A stretch of DNA of 62,437 nucleotides, counting the filler, from Sphacelaria rigidula (Eukaryota): assembly GCA_964200075.2 (NCBI GenBank). It is 7 parts of 7 records of this genome, joined end to end, with 100 filler letters (N's around TTAATTAATTAA, not from the genome) between each part and the next. Parts side by side here need not be neighbours in the genome. Positions count along the whole stretch, not along the records: positions 26,803 to 35,636 come from CAXNAA020009989.1; positions 35,737 to 44,570 come from CAXNAA020009990.1; positions 44,671 to 53,504 come from CAXNAA020009991.1; 4 more parts are not named here. One strand, given 5' to 3'. The first letter of the stretch is position 1, and each line of letters opens with the position of its first letter. This document shows positions 33,894 to 46,189 of the stretch, in pieces. The translations under genes were made by a program, and so were the position numbers. The notes beneath the pieces were generated by a model, which was not told the DNA's origin, did no database searches, and worked only from the letters and a program-made list of their open reading frames with translations.

Positions 33894-36800
33894 TTAAATG
33901 TCTCGTCGGCACATGTTGCACCTTTAGGTCCACCCGTATATCCCACGCCCAATACACATCCTGAACTCATTTACGTCCACCCTCTAAGGCACTCACTCAC
34001 GCACAGTATGTTGTGCCGGCAATATATCGCCCCTTTCGGGCGTGAAACATGTTGCACGGTCAACACATATTGCGCTTGTCCAGTATGTAATGTTATGCAC
34101 AATCGATATGTGTCACTGCACCTACCGAAGGAACATGCTGCGCGGATAACATATCTCCAAGTCATTCGTGACCGGCTATATGTACGACGGATAAAAACTA
34201 CATTCCTGAATCGGTCTACAAGTTGTTTGCTTAATACATACCGACTCGCCTTTGCGCCAGGATATCGTTCAGTCAACATATGTAGCATTCCGCAAATGAC
34301 GTGATTGTAGAGTACATTATATCACGTCAGGCACAAATTCGAGACAAATTCAAGGTTATCTTCAATTCCCCGTGAGTTCGGACGGATTCCCTGTTTGATT
34401 GACGAGATATCCCGCCAGGACGTAGAGGCGTGTCCATTTTTTTCATCTCTCCATCACATTAGCCAGGTTTTTCAGACCCGCAGTCGAAAGGTAACGTTCC
34501 GGGGTAGCCACGCAAAGAGGCATTACTTCTCCGGAGGGGAGCATCTTACTGCGGAAGCGAGCTGCAGGCTGGAATGCTTGCCCTCTGGAAAAAGCATAAC
34601 ATCAACACGGAGCTCGGACGAGAAAACCCTAGGGCCGCTTTTTGTAGACTGAAAAACGTACCTGGGAAGAGTCGTTTTTGTCAGTCTCCAGAGACTTTTT
34701 TGCAGAACGCGACCTCAAAGGGCCATTTTGCATGAAAGACTCTGGGAACTGGTCACAATTAGCAGACAGCGGGATTTCGCCAAATCTCTCTGCGAAAAGT
34801 AATCGACTCGCAGAGACTTTTCTCTGTCTGGGAATTGTCGTTCCATCACACATTCCTCGCACACCGCACCCGCAATGGTACAGTCAGTGCTCCATCGCAC
34901 ACTCCTCGCATACAAGCGTAGTACAGCCAGTGCAAAAGTATGAATAGTTGTCCATGTTGTGTGTGCAGTACCGTGGCAACAGCATAGCTGCTGCCGCACT
35001 CTGAGCATTCCCTTCATGACCGTAGGACCAGGTGGCTGCGTTGACTGCTCGTATCGCTTCATACTCGTCGCGCCCGTCACCGATTGCGGACTCTGTGGTA
35101 TTCTGCGTCCTGAGACGGTTGCTACCGCACTACGAACTGTCAGGTGAGTTTGTTGTGTGCGGTATGGCACAAACCGTCTGCTGCACACATTGCACCGCTT
35201 GCGACAAGACTACTGTACCAAGCGGCGATCGGCTGAAGTAAGACTTGATACGCTCATCATTTCGATCCCTATAATACCAGTAGCTACTGTGCGTGTGCGT
35301 GTGCGTGCGTGAGTGTATGTGTGTGTGTGTTGCCACCCCATCCATCCTGTACCTCGACAGGATTATTTACGTGTTGGTTTACCTCAGGTGGCACAAGCAC
35401 AAAATGCAAATGACCACTACCAGCGTCTGCACGCAGGCTAGGTGATGGCCTTGGGTGTACAAATCCACAGGATTTTTTTTTCATAGACTATAAGGTGGGT
35501 TCTGAAAACTAATTTCTCTGGAGAAAGTCTCCGAGAAAAGTCATCCAAAATGACTTTTCTCAGGGGCAATCGCCAAAAACCGGTATACCGACGGTGTTTT
35601 CGCCAACATCCGGTATAGCTCACCCCCCCCCCCCCCNNNNNNNNNNNNNNNNNNNNNNNNNNNNNNNNNNNNNNNNNNNNTTAATTAATTAANNNNNNNN
35701 NNNNNNNNNNNNNNNNNNNNNNNNNNNNNNNNNNNNAATATTGGGAATTTTGGCGGGTTTTCTGGGATATATTTGAGAACTATTATGAGAATTGCCTTGG
35801 TTTTAGTGTGGGGGTTCACTAGTATACTGTTTTTAGTATGGGGGCGCGTCATGGTTCGTTGAGTAGAGGGGGGGGGGCTAGGTTTGGGGTTAGGGATAAT
35901 TCTTGGTTTTTTCCTCTTGTTTTTGTCAGTGCCCCGCCCTGGAGGGGGGAAAAATACTTGCAAAATGCGGCCTTTTTCAGGCCGACTGGTTTTTCCTCGG
36001 CCGCTCATGCACGCGGGGTGGTGCGTGCAACAACAAAAAAAACCCGGACTTTAACAAAAAAAACTTCAAAGATTTTAAAAAAATGGTCGCCGGCGGCATC
36101 GGACACCGCTAAAGGTCTGTGTAAACATAAGGACCTTTACTTATGGCACAGAGGAAGTACACTGCCTCATGGGTGTCTCACCTTTCAATCACTACGTAGT
36201 ACGATCATCCCCTTCGCGCTGAGTTAAGGTTTTCCCACCCCGCACAATATGATCTAGCTCGACCATCATCATGGTGACCGCAAAAAAAATGCAAGCAAGC
36301 AAAAAAAAACGGATACCTGGTTGCCTAGCTTACGCAGTGAGAGGCGTGTTTTACAACGTCATCGCCAACCGACGACAACCTCAGCGGGGATCCGCCCCTA
36401 CAAAGCCAGGACGGAGCACGCCGGGTTTTCGCTGGACCAGAGGGAGGGGATAAAATGAAAGATACGATCGCGCACCCTTGTTTTACTTCGATTTCGGATC
36501 TCGCGTCAATTTTTCTCAGGCGCTGACGGCATGCTACAGCATTTCTGTTTCAGACGACAGAGAGATCCAATCTCCTATTGGAGCTTGGTGGGAATACTTG
36601 ATGGAGGACAAAATAAGCACCGGTGCAGACCCGAGCTAAACCTTCGAGCGTGACAATTGGGTACGACTCGCTCAAGATAAATTGACGCGTTGCTGGGCGT
36701 TTAAAGCAATTTTCAAGCGGTTGGGTCCTACCGGGTTCATGCCATGCAGGTATCTTTCAAATTTGTGAGTCTCGCGATATTTTTGTCTACCTCTTGTGGC

Positions 36801-37099
36801 TACGCCAATATTGAGTGCTTTCTGTTACCTGGCACTAAAATGAAGTAATTGCTTGTGGTATTCTATAAGCAATTGAATTGAAGAACACAATATCGATGCA
36901 GTTTGGCAAGCCTCCCCAACTCCAAGCAGATTTTTTTCCTTTCGCTCAGGATTAGAACTTCTACAATCACGGTCCAAAAAAGTGTTCCAAAACGTGACTT
37001 CTTGTGTTGAAGGTACCTCGTCCAGGGAGCAAGGCTCCGCTATGACCTGCAAGTCGCAGCGGGTGATGCTTATCATAATCTCGCCAATCCCCCTCGTTC

Positions 37100-37160
37100 G
37101 ACCCGATTGTGTCCTTTTCAGACCCGATTGTGTCTTTTTCAGACCCGATTGTGTCCTTTA
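37100..37160. repeat. 21-bp tandem repeat x3
   Basis: gacccgattgtgtc(c/t)ttt(tca) three times. Confidence 0.85.
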
Positions 37161-40010
37161 CACTCCCTGTCGGATTCCTCGTGCTCTTACTTCGTCAAAA
37201 CTTATTACAAGGCCCTTCGCCTACGCTCTCTTGACACTTCTGTTATAGGTCAAATCATACATCGATGTATACAGATCTCCAGGATTTCATGCGCCAATGC
37301 ACCCCCTCTTCAACAATTTAGGCTGTAGCTTCACTGAGGCCTAATGATTCAATATCTACGCTCACAAGGTCTTTTATTTTTCTCTACAATTAATATCACC
37401 CCCCTTCACCCAGCCAACACCACCACCGGCGTCATCAGTGCCAACTTCGGGCAAGTCGGACGCTTGTCGAATCTCCTCCCTCCAGTCCATCACCCTCGCC
37501 TCACACACTGTATCAGGCGCAGAAGGCCCTTCCAGGGCTGTTTCTGAGCTAGTAGAATCGGGGATATTCGGACCAGCGGCAGGCCCAGGCAGTATCCTTC
37601 CTGTGAGAGGGTGGACATTTCTTCGGCATTGGCTTTGCAGCCTTTGGTCGGTTAGGCGAATGTCGTGCCCACTATTGTTCGCTCGACGCAGGCAGGGTTC
37701 CGCCGGTTTGTTGTGGGCAAATCGGATTTGAAGTAGTACGCCAAGATGAAAACGTGGCAAAGCAGAATGGACAGCGGTGGGCGATAAGAGAGGGGGATTT
37801 AACCGCTGTGAGAAAAATAATTAATCGTGGCGACAGGGCGTCAGAGCGTGGTCTGTCCCATTTTGATCTTACCCTGTCTTGTCTAACTTCAAATAGCTTC
37901 CGTCACTTTTCTCCGAGCCATGTTTCCACACACCTCAGCCAAGGTTCGTTCTGTGGCATGTCATGATGTGCTGTGAGGTGGGTGGTCAAAAATGAGGAAA
38001 TATGCCCATGTTTCAAATCATACACGCTGTGTTAGCTTGTAAAAACGAATCGCAAGCAGTCACTGCGTGTACCATGTCGTTCCCTGTGACACTATTTTTT
38101 CCTTGCAAGCGCCTGCACAATTATTTGGGTGGGTCACGTGTTGTTCCGAGGCGCCGCAGCGACCGCACAACAGCACCGAGTCTCCAATCTCAGTCTACCG
38201 TAAACGGCGGTGTATACCACCAGTTATACGTGAAACACCACCTCATGAATGATACCCCGGGATGAATTTTTGTGTCCGGGAAGCACTCAACCGGGGGTTG
38301 TATATGTGCACCCTGTCTTCTACGGCATGGCACAGTCGTTCGACGATAGAGGGGGGTCAGAATCCCCATATTTTTTACGAAGTGGGTCATGCCCGTTATG
38401 GACAAAGAAAAAAACACGACGTTGTCTGAGACAGCATTTCGTCCTCCGGTCTGACCGAATACAACTATGATCTGCACTTAGAATCACGAGAGAGGACTGG
38501 GGTGCGGCGGGGATGATGCTGTAATATCCCCCCCACACACACACCTCCATCGTTGAACGACTCATCAGGCCGCTTCTTACTACACGGCAATCCTACATGA
38601 AAAAAACTCGTCAAGTGCCGTTTGGACCTTTTCCGTCGTTTTCGGCCTCAAGGAGAGCCAGGTGGATTTGACACCCTAGAATGTCTTGCTGTACTCGCTG
38701 AGACGGTTCCAGCACAACTGTGTGTTTCTCCGGTGGCCGCAGTTTTTGTCTTGACCAAACTTGCATTTTTTTCGGAGGCCGCTCATTTTTCTGGGAGATC
38801 GGTCGAGTCCAGACAAATTTCGTCCAAGAATGTTTTGTTCGTTTGCCATAAAAAGCGGTCTCAGCAAGGGGAAAGGCTACGTATGGAAAATCTGAGTTGC
38901 ACTTCGTGGTGTGGGAGAAGAAGTGCTCTCAACAGCCTTGACAAGGCTTACACCTGACTCCACCTTCCGTCGACGTACGGCCAGACAAATCGCGGGCGAA
39001 CATCGATCCACACGCAATCTCAGACGACAAATGTATGTGACAAGAAATCAAGCTGCCAAGGGAAAGGGGGGCTCTACTATGACTTCACCAACCCCTCCTT
39101 CGCGAAACTTTTAATATGAATTCTCGTACTTGATCATTATCCTGTACACGAAGGGAGATTACTTGGGCTCTGCATAGTGTATGTAGGCACTCACGTTGCG
39201 GTCCGGTAATCCGCCAAATTGAAGGCGCTGACAAGAGCAGACAGTCCTCGACCCACCGCAACCACACCGATTCCCGCGATGACAACACCTTCGCAAAAAA
39301 AGTCGCAGCGAAACTGGTATAAGTGCCATTTATTTGATTACCGACAACGGCAACACTGCAAAACTGGGAGTATCCAAGGATGATAAATCCCTGCCCCAGT
39401 GCGCCACCTCACTCCTGCTCACCCCGCACTATGTTACAGGTTAGACGCTTGTCCTCATGCCCATATGATGAGTGATGGGTGCAATGAGAAATCAACGTCG
39501 TCACTACAGTACGACTTGCATATTTCTCATAGTGTCTCGATCTACAGAATATGCTTCGCCAAAACAGCGATAGAACCCTTCACAAGCCACTATTTTTCAT
39601 CTTACCAATACTAGTTGCCAACGTTCCATCAACAAGCTGAACGCAGCTATTCCGCCGGCGTTGATGGGTACTAGCAAATGTGCTACTCTGCCGACTGGGT
39701 TTTGTCCCCAGCGCCTTTCTTGCGTCGACCGTTGCTGCGCTCCAGCCGCCAACGGAAACATAACGTGTTTGAGGGTGTATATTGACGTGGAACCCCTGAG
39801 ATGATTGGCACTTCAAGACGAACATCAGAATACCAATACCGACGGAGAGGCATGTCATCGTGCCGATCAGTACAGGAAGCCTCAGAGGCGGCAAGTGACT
39901 AGTGGGAGCTGGGGTGTAACTCATATTTTCTTGATCACATTAGGTTACAGGTGAGCAAGTCCCGTTGGTCAGGAAATACTCGCGTTCGACTTTGGCAAGC
40001 TCTGAGTACT

Positions 40011-40348
40011 CAATTATTTATTTTTATTTTTTACGTTTATTTATTTGTCGCAAATTGAACTCCCCTCCTCAGGATGAGTCCGTGGTCTGAAGGGATCAGC
40101 CCATCTCTCCCCCCGGTACACGCCTTGCATTTTGGTCTCGCGGATCGGGTGAGCCCTCCCGCACCGCGTCAACTCATCATCATGTCAAACGAACTCACAC
40201 GACTACTTTGTTTACTCACGTTCTCACGCTTTTCACTGTGGAAATCAGACATTACGAAGAAACAACCCAACCCATCGGGAATCGAACCCTCGTTCTTTCC
40301 ACCCTAATGGCGACAGTCGGACGATTACATCACCGGGGTGCGGCGGCC
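40011..40348 (-). mobile_element. Full-length tRNA-derived SINE, family B
   Basis: Minus-strand head ggccgccgcaccccggtgatgtaatcg... with B box GGTTCGATTCC, conserved 3' tail and A-rich (AAAT)n end. Candidate TSD AGTACT at 40005-40010 and 40349-40354. Confidence 0.75.
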
Positions 40349-40571
40349 AGTACTATAGCTCGCATTTTTTGACGGCGCAAGGTATAGCATTGTTCTTAAT
40401 ACATACCCAATACCCAATACTTGGATGGCATGGCACAAGCGACAGTCAAATGCATCATATGTGAGGGGCGCACACGTGCACCCCCCAATCTCCCTGCTCC
40501 ATCTCGATTATCGGGATTAATACAAGCAAGGTGGGGCGATAGATCGACTGAGCGTGCTCGATCTCTGTTTT

Positions 40572-40810
40572 GCCCTTTTGGGAGCGTTGATGGAAAAGTG
40601 ACGATTTACAGTTGTCGTTTTCTTGGGCACGATATGGTTGGTTGTTCTTCTCCAACTGCATGACTGTTGATGCAGCCCATCACATCGGTGCACCACTCTG
40701 ACTTCAAGTGTACTTTTATGTGACAGATTCGTTCCGTGACGTTTTCCCGTTGACGAAAGCTCGCATATGAGAGTTTGTACAGTTTTTCGTGAGTTTCAAA
40801 AGCGTTACGC
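40572..40810. mobile_element. piggyBac-like terminus, inverted homologue of 33640-33893
   Basis: cccttttgggagcgttgatggaaaagtgacgattt...tcttgggcacgatatggttg...gatgcagcccatca aligns with the reverse complement of 33790-33893. Confidence 0.6.
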
Positions 40811-41904
40811 TGTAAAAGCAATGCAGAACGACGATTTGTCGCAGGCATAGTTTTTGCTCATTTCTCTCTCGATGGCTGCTTCTGCAGCGAGGATGTACAT
40901 GTGGTGTGTGTATACTTGCTCCTCCTGATACTACACTATCCCCTGTGTGGTGGTATCACGTTCCTCCGGTTGACGGTGGTCTATCGGTTCGAGCTGAACA
41001 AGAGGACGCCCTGACAGCAAACCTTGGCCGAGGCAACTCTTACGACCACAACTTCTCGTATCGTTTCATCCGCATCGCACATAAGCGTGGTTGCACCATA
41101 TCTCGTGTTAACGGCCACTCTCGTTTTCCACGCTTGCGTTATCCGTGTTCCCCGACCTGTTTTGCCCATCACCGCGGTTCGACGGGGTTTGGTTTCGAAC
41201 TCGTTCTCCATGCTCTTGGTTGGCATCTGTAACGAAAATACTGCAGAAAGGAAAACTAGTGTGTGTAAAGCGCACACCATCTGATGCTGCATCCTCAGAG
41301 CATGAGATCGTCATGACTAGTATCTGTTGTTCCCAACAAGGGAACGGGGCATCGTGGAACGCGAAGGCGTTGTTTCAATCAAAGTCTATAAACCTGACGA
41401 TATCTTAGAAACAGCCAGACGCTACCTTAGACATAGCATGCTAATGTAACAATATACATGGGACAGACAGGCGCCATCACCCTTGCAAAATCAGTCAGAA
41501 GCGATACAGGGGGCACGCCAATCACGATACGATGCATGTAGCACAGCGGTATTGTACACCAACCGAGGCGTCCAAACGCTATGAGTAAAAGCAGAACCGA
41601 CAGCGGTAGTGCTCATGCCTTTGAGCGAGATACACGTACCGCAAGGACGCGTCCCACAAGCGATAACATATACATTCGGGCGATGATGAACCGCAGCTCA
41701 CAGCCTTTCTTCCACATCGTTCATCAAGAGACAAAGAGAAGGAAAACACAGAGATACGAACGAACCATCCCTCACTCAAAACAGCTAAATCGCGCTCCAC
41801 GAGACACAACTCGCACCATAGATACATACACCCCCGCGCCCAATACCGTACAGCATATGTGTTTGCAAAAACGGCAAGCACCGGCATGCAATCCGATAGT
41901 CATG

Positions 41905-44375
41905 TCACTGCTCTTGGCCCACAGAGTCCTCCCTCGTCCGCCCGCTCCTGTTCCTGGGGCTGCCACCCCCCTGCCCTAGCTCGCGCACGAGCTCTCGGCG
42001 CAACACTGCATCGAGGCTCTCCGCCAAGATTCGTTCTTCTTCCAAGTTGCCCCTATTGCTCCGGGCCGCACGTTCCGCAAAATCTCGTGCTTGCTCGCCT
42101 GGAGACGATGTCGGTCGGTGGATACATAGAGTCGGTTCCGGGAAGGCGGGGGGTGGGGGAGGGATACTAGAGAGAAGTGTATCGGTAATTGTTTCCTATT
42201 TCTTGTGTGATAGCCTGGTTTTTGTTCTTCTTACTTCTGTGTCATGTCACTAATACAGCATTGCTCGATGAGCCTCGCGATAAAACCAGTCACCCATGTT
42301 TCAGAACAGTTTGTCGCATGACAGAAATGCAAGGGTAATAACTAGTTGAGTACACCCTGAAATATTCCAGCATTTAACGTCATGTCAGGCTCTCCCATGA
42401 AGTCTACAATACTGACACTTCTACTCTCCCCTCATGACACTGCGATCCAAACCCTGGTCTGTTTCACCACTATCTTGTCCTGCAACAAAATATTGTCAGC
42501 AGTCATGTAGGGATTAAGGCACATGACGTGCGACGTTTAGTCGCAGCAGCGAGTTCATCACGAGAACAATCCTTAATAAGGCCTAGCAGAATTGATTGGA
42601 ACAGCTTGCTGACAAAGACGTTCCCGCACCCTGTAGTTACATATTTGTCTTCAAAGGCGATGCTACAAGAATCGTTCAAGATGCTGCAACCCATATTTCA
42701 ACGGTGTGTTCATGGCAAGCGCTTCGAGCTACCAAACGTCCATCAGGGTCCCACTGGGCAGCAAGCTCCACCGCTTTTTTTCTCAGAGTTGAGGCGCCGT
42801 CCTGCGCATAATATCCTCCTATTATAGCGTGGGAAATTCATCTCGTGAACGAGGAAAGAACAAGCAAAAAGCCATATGACTCGTACACCCGTTGCTGCAG
42901 CACCGTTCACAAACAAACCGCTACGCACCCTTGGCGGAATTAGCGCAATCAACCGTAAGGCGCTCACCTAATGAACACAGACACACACGTAAGCGCACAT
43001 GAACACGCACGCACGCACACAAATCAGAGTAAAGGAAGTACAGATGAAACTTGCCTGTGGGTCGGACATGTCTCAGCGCGAATTGAAAGTCTTGCCTCGT
43101 AACAGGGCGCATTTGTACAGTTGGCGAAGCTCCGCTTTCACCGTTCGCCGCCTCCGCTGCCGCAGAACTTCGTTGCGCGCGAAGAGCCTGGGCGAATTCC
43201 CGGGCTGATAATGTCTGGGCAGCTTGGCATAAAGCATGCAAGTCACTCCCAGAGTATCTGTGCTCCATCCATTGGGTTACCCACCGAATGATGCACGCGA
43301 AGACAAGAAGAAAAAAAGTACAAAATCAACACTTGAAAAACAAACACGAATAATTGCGCAGGATCCATCTGATAATTTTTGCGCAGCAAGAACGAAATGA
43401 AGACAAGAAGTACAAACAAACGGCCGCAGCAGTCGAAACGAACGTTTGCCGCAGGGCAGCGAATAATACAACAAGGGTATTCTGTACATACCTGTTGTCT
43501 ACATGACAGATTTTTCTACAGAACGCTATTTTTTGTTGTTGCGCACACAGGGTCGACTGCGGATATATTACGGGCATGAAAAATAGAGACGAAGCGACTA
43601 TATGTGAAAAGAAAGACTGACGCGTGCAGGATTGCACACCAATTTTGAGGTGCGTTGTACTTGTCGAGTCGTTCACGACCTTTGCTTTCTCAACCGCATG
43701 ATATCTTCACCATAAAGCAGGACATCATGCCACCGGCTCCTGGTCACCACACTACTGTCACCGCCGCGTATCAACATTCCAAGCTGCCTATCATCGACTG
43801 CATACTACTGCAGTGCGAGGGACAACACCGTCTCAAGCACAATCTCTGTCCTCGTCCTGTCTGGCACACTCTATGCCCCAGATTCCGTGGGGGTGGCAGA
43901 GGAGGACGAGTCGTTTGCTGGCGGATCATGTTCGTAAAACGGACGCTGGATCAGATGATAATCCGGGCTTTCGCTTCGTCACGGCATCATGGGGACGAGA
44001 CTATATAAGTCATCAGCGTAGTGTTGGCAATAGTTGCCACGAGCTACATGCTGTGTGCTGCTGTTTATCGAATGTGTGTGGACTGCGTGAGCGGCAGAGA
44101 CTACTACCGAATCGAAAACAAAAAGTAATACACATCAGTACACTCGAAAACCACAACCCCCCTTACTCACCGCTCAGTGTGACGCGCCACGTACTCCAGG
44201 CAGACGTTCGCGTGGAGATTAAACCCACTCGTCATGATGGATAGAATCTCCCGTCTCGCGTCGACCGTCGTCGGGAGACCTATCTCGAACTGCCGAGACA
44301 ATCGCCGCAGGATCGCAGGGTCGACTTCCGCTGGCCGATTGGTAACCCCCAATACAATCACCGTGTTGCTCCCTT
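41905..44375 (-). CDS. 3' exons of an AAA+ ATPase, ATAD1/Msp1-like (meiotic clade)
   Basis: Exon 44375-44171 encodes VIVLGVTNRPAEVDPAILRRLSRQFEIGLP (sensor-1 and Arg fingers). Exon 43257-43055 encodes YSGSDLHALCQAA...RPVTRQDFQFALRHVRPT. Exon 42098-41905 encodes GEQARDFAER...QEQ*. All junctions are in phase and the second intron has a GC donor. Walker A/B exons are off-contig. Confidence 0.88.
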
Positions 44376-46189
44376 CTACGGTGCAAAGACACGGAGTTGG
44401 AAGCGCATTCAAAATGAAGAGTGAAGCGAAATAACGCGAAGAGGTGAAGAGCGTGCGCGCGCGCGCGCGGGGGGGGGGGGGGGGGGGGGGGAAGGGGAAA
44501 GGGGCCCGGGGGGAAATATTTTATTTTTTTTGTTTTTTTTAAAAAGGGGGCGGGCGGAAACGAACCCCCCNNNNNNNNNNNNNNNNNNNNNNNNNNNNNN
44601 NNNNNNNNNNNNNNTTAATTAATTAANNNNNNNNNNNNNNNNNNNNNNNNNNNNNNNNNNNNNNNNNNNNGGGAGTACATACTGCCAACCTCACAAGATC
44701 CGGTGCCGCTGGTGGCCATTCGGACTTCAGGGAGTGAAACTCGGTTTTTCAAAGTCGACGCGCGACAGGTAGACATGACATGGGGTCCGACTACTGGCGA
44801 GACTCAACGCCCCAAATATCGTCAACCAAATAAATAAAATCGGATCGGTAAAGTTCGGAGCGTGGGCCGCTCACCGGCCCACGTTTGGTTCTTGGGTGCC
44901 GGTGATGAATATTGCGTCGCCAGGTTAAATCCGTCTCTGGGCTGGCCCAGCTCGTAGTCAACCCAGGCGATTTCACAGTCACCAACTGAGCCAAACGGGG
45001 CGACAGGGGGGGATAAATTCAATCCCGCGAGATTTGTGCAGTACAGAATTATAGTGACGTGAGACGAGCTGAACAAATAAATTTGTGTCGTGTTCCAACT
45101 CACTCCACGACAGATCAGCTGATGAATGTTGTGTACACGGGGGTTCGTTTCTTGAATGTACACCTGAAAGCTTGTTCTTCTTTGTCAACAGACAATTTTC
45201 GGAAGCATTCCGTGTAACCGATTCACGTGTCCGAGCCCGCTAGCTGAAAGTCACTAAATCACCATTATAGCTGGCACAAGCCGTTCGTGGGTCTAGCTTC
45301 AGCTGTACATCGTCGCGGTCCGCGTACTGTAATTCCAGTTGAGGGGTGAATGTACAACACAAAACCCACAGTATGACAGCAGTGACATCACGTGACGACA
45401 GTGCGCAAAAACGTCAACATGGACGACACGCGAAGTTCGTCTCGGACGTGGCACGGATTTCTTGGGGCGTCCGCGTACCGTCGTCAGATTGCCGGTCACA
45501 CCAGCGTGGGGGTGATTGACTCGACTGTTGACGAGCGGCAGCTGACCCGTGATAAAAATTTTCACGGTTTTCGTGGGAGGTAGGATCCGTATGAATCCTA
45601 GGCGATGGAGATAAGGTGAACGTCTCGAGATATTTCGCCCTCTCGGACGAGAGGTTCTCGTGTGCGTGGCGTGTTTCGTGGACATAAGATCCGTATAAAT
45701 TCTGCGCGACGGGTCATTACCCCTCTTGCTCAGAGGTATCTCCCTCCGTAGAAAACGGGTCATCAGTGCTTTCATATTCCTTCACGTTTCCATTTCTGTA
45801 TGCTCCGGGTGCTTCTCTGGCATCAAGTCAGAGCAACCACGAGGATCGTGACGAAAGACGTGCCAACGGCGGGATTCCCCGAAACATGATATGGGCCGAA
45901 ACCATCCCGGGCTCACGGCAGATGGAGTCAAGAAGAGGTGGGGGTAGCTTGAAATCGACTCGCTACTCGCCTACAATTAGTCAACACATGGAAAATAAGC
46001 CACGCTTGGGCAGACGTCGCCACCCGGCAAAGAGGTTATGGGAACTAGGGGTCAATCGACCGAACAACGCTGAATGACAGCCAACTAAAATCTGTTTGTG
46101 CCAAGCGCTGCTGTTGGTTCTCGATCTCCTTCGAAGCTGCAGCACAAGTCATAGATCGACGAGTGTGAAAGACGCGGTTGAGAGCTCGC

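Noticed and set aside
36700-37080. Copia RT start (AEPCSLDEV...FW...DRD; DKNIARL)
   Set aside because: Resemblance is too degraded to support a feature call.
38540-38575. Hammerhead-like CUGAUGA-GUCG-loop-CGAU on the minus strand; similar CTGATGA at ~48233
   Set aside because: The conserved GAAA is absent (GGAG and GAAG instead) and there is no stem I/III closure.
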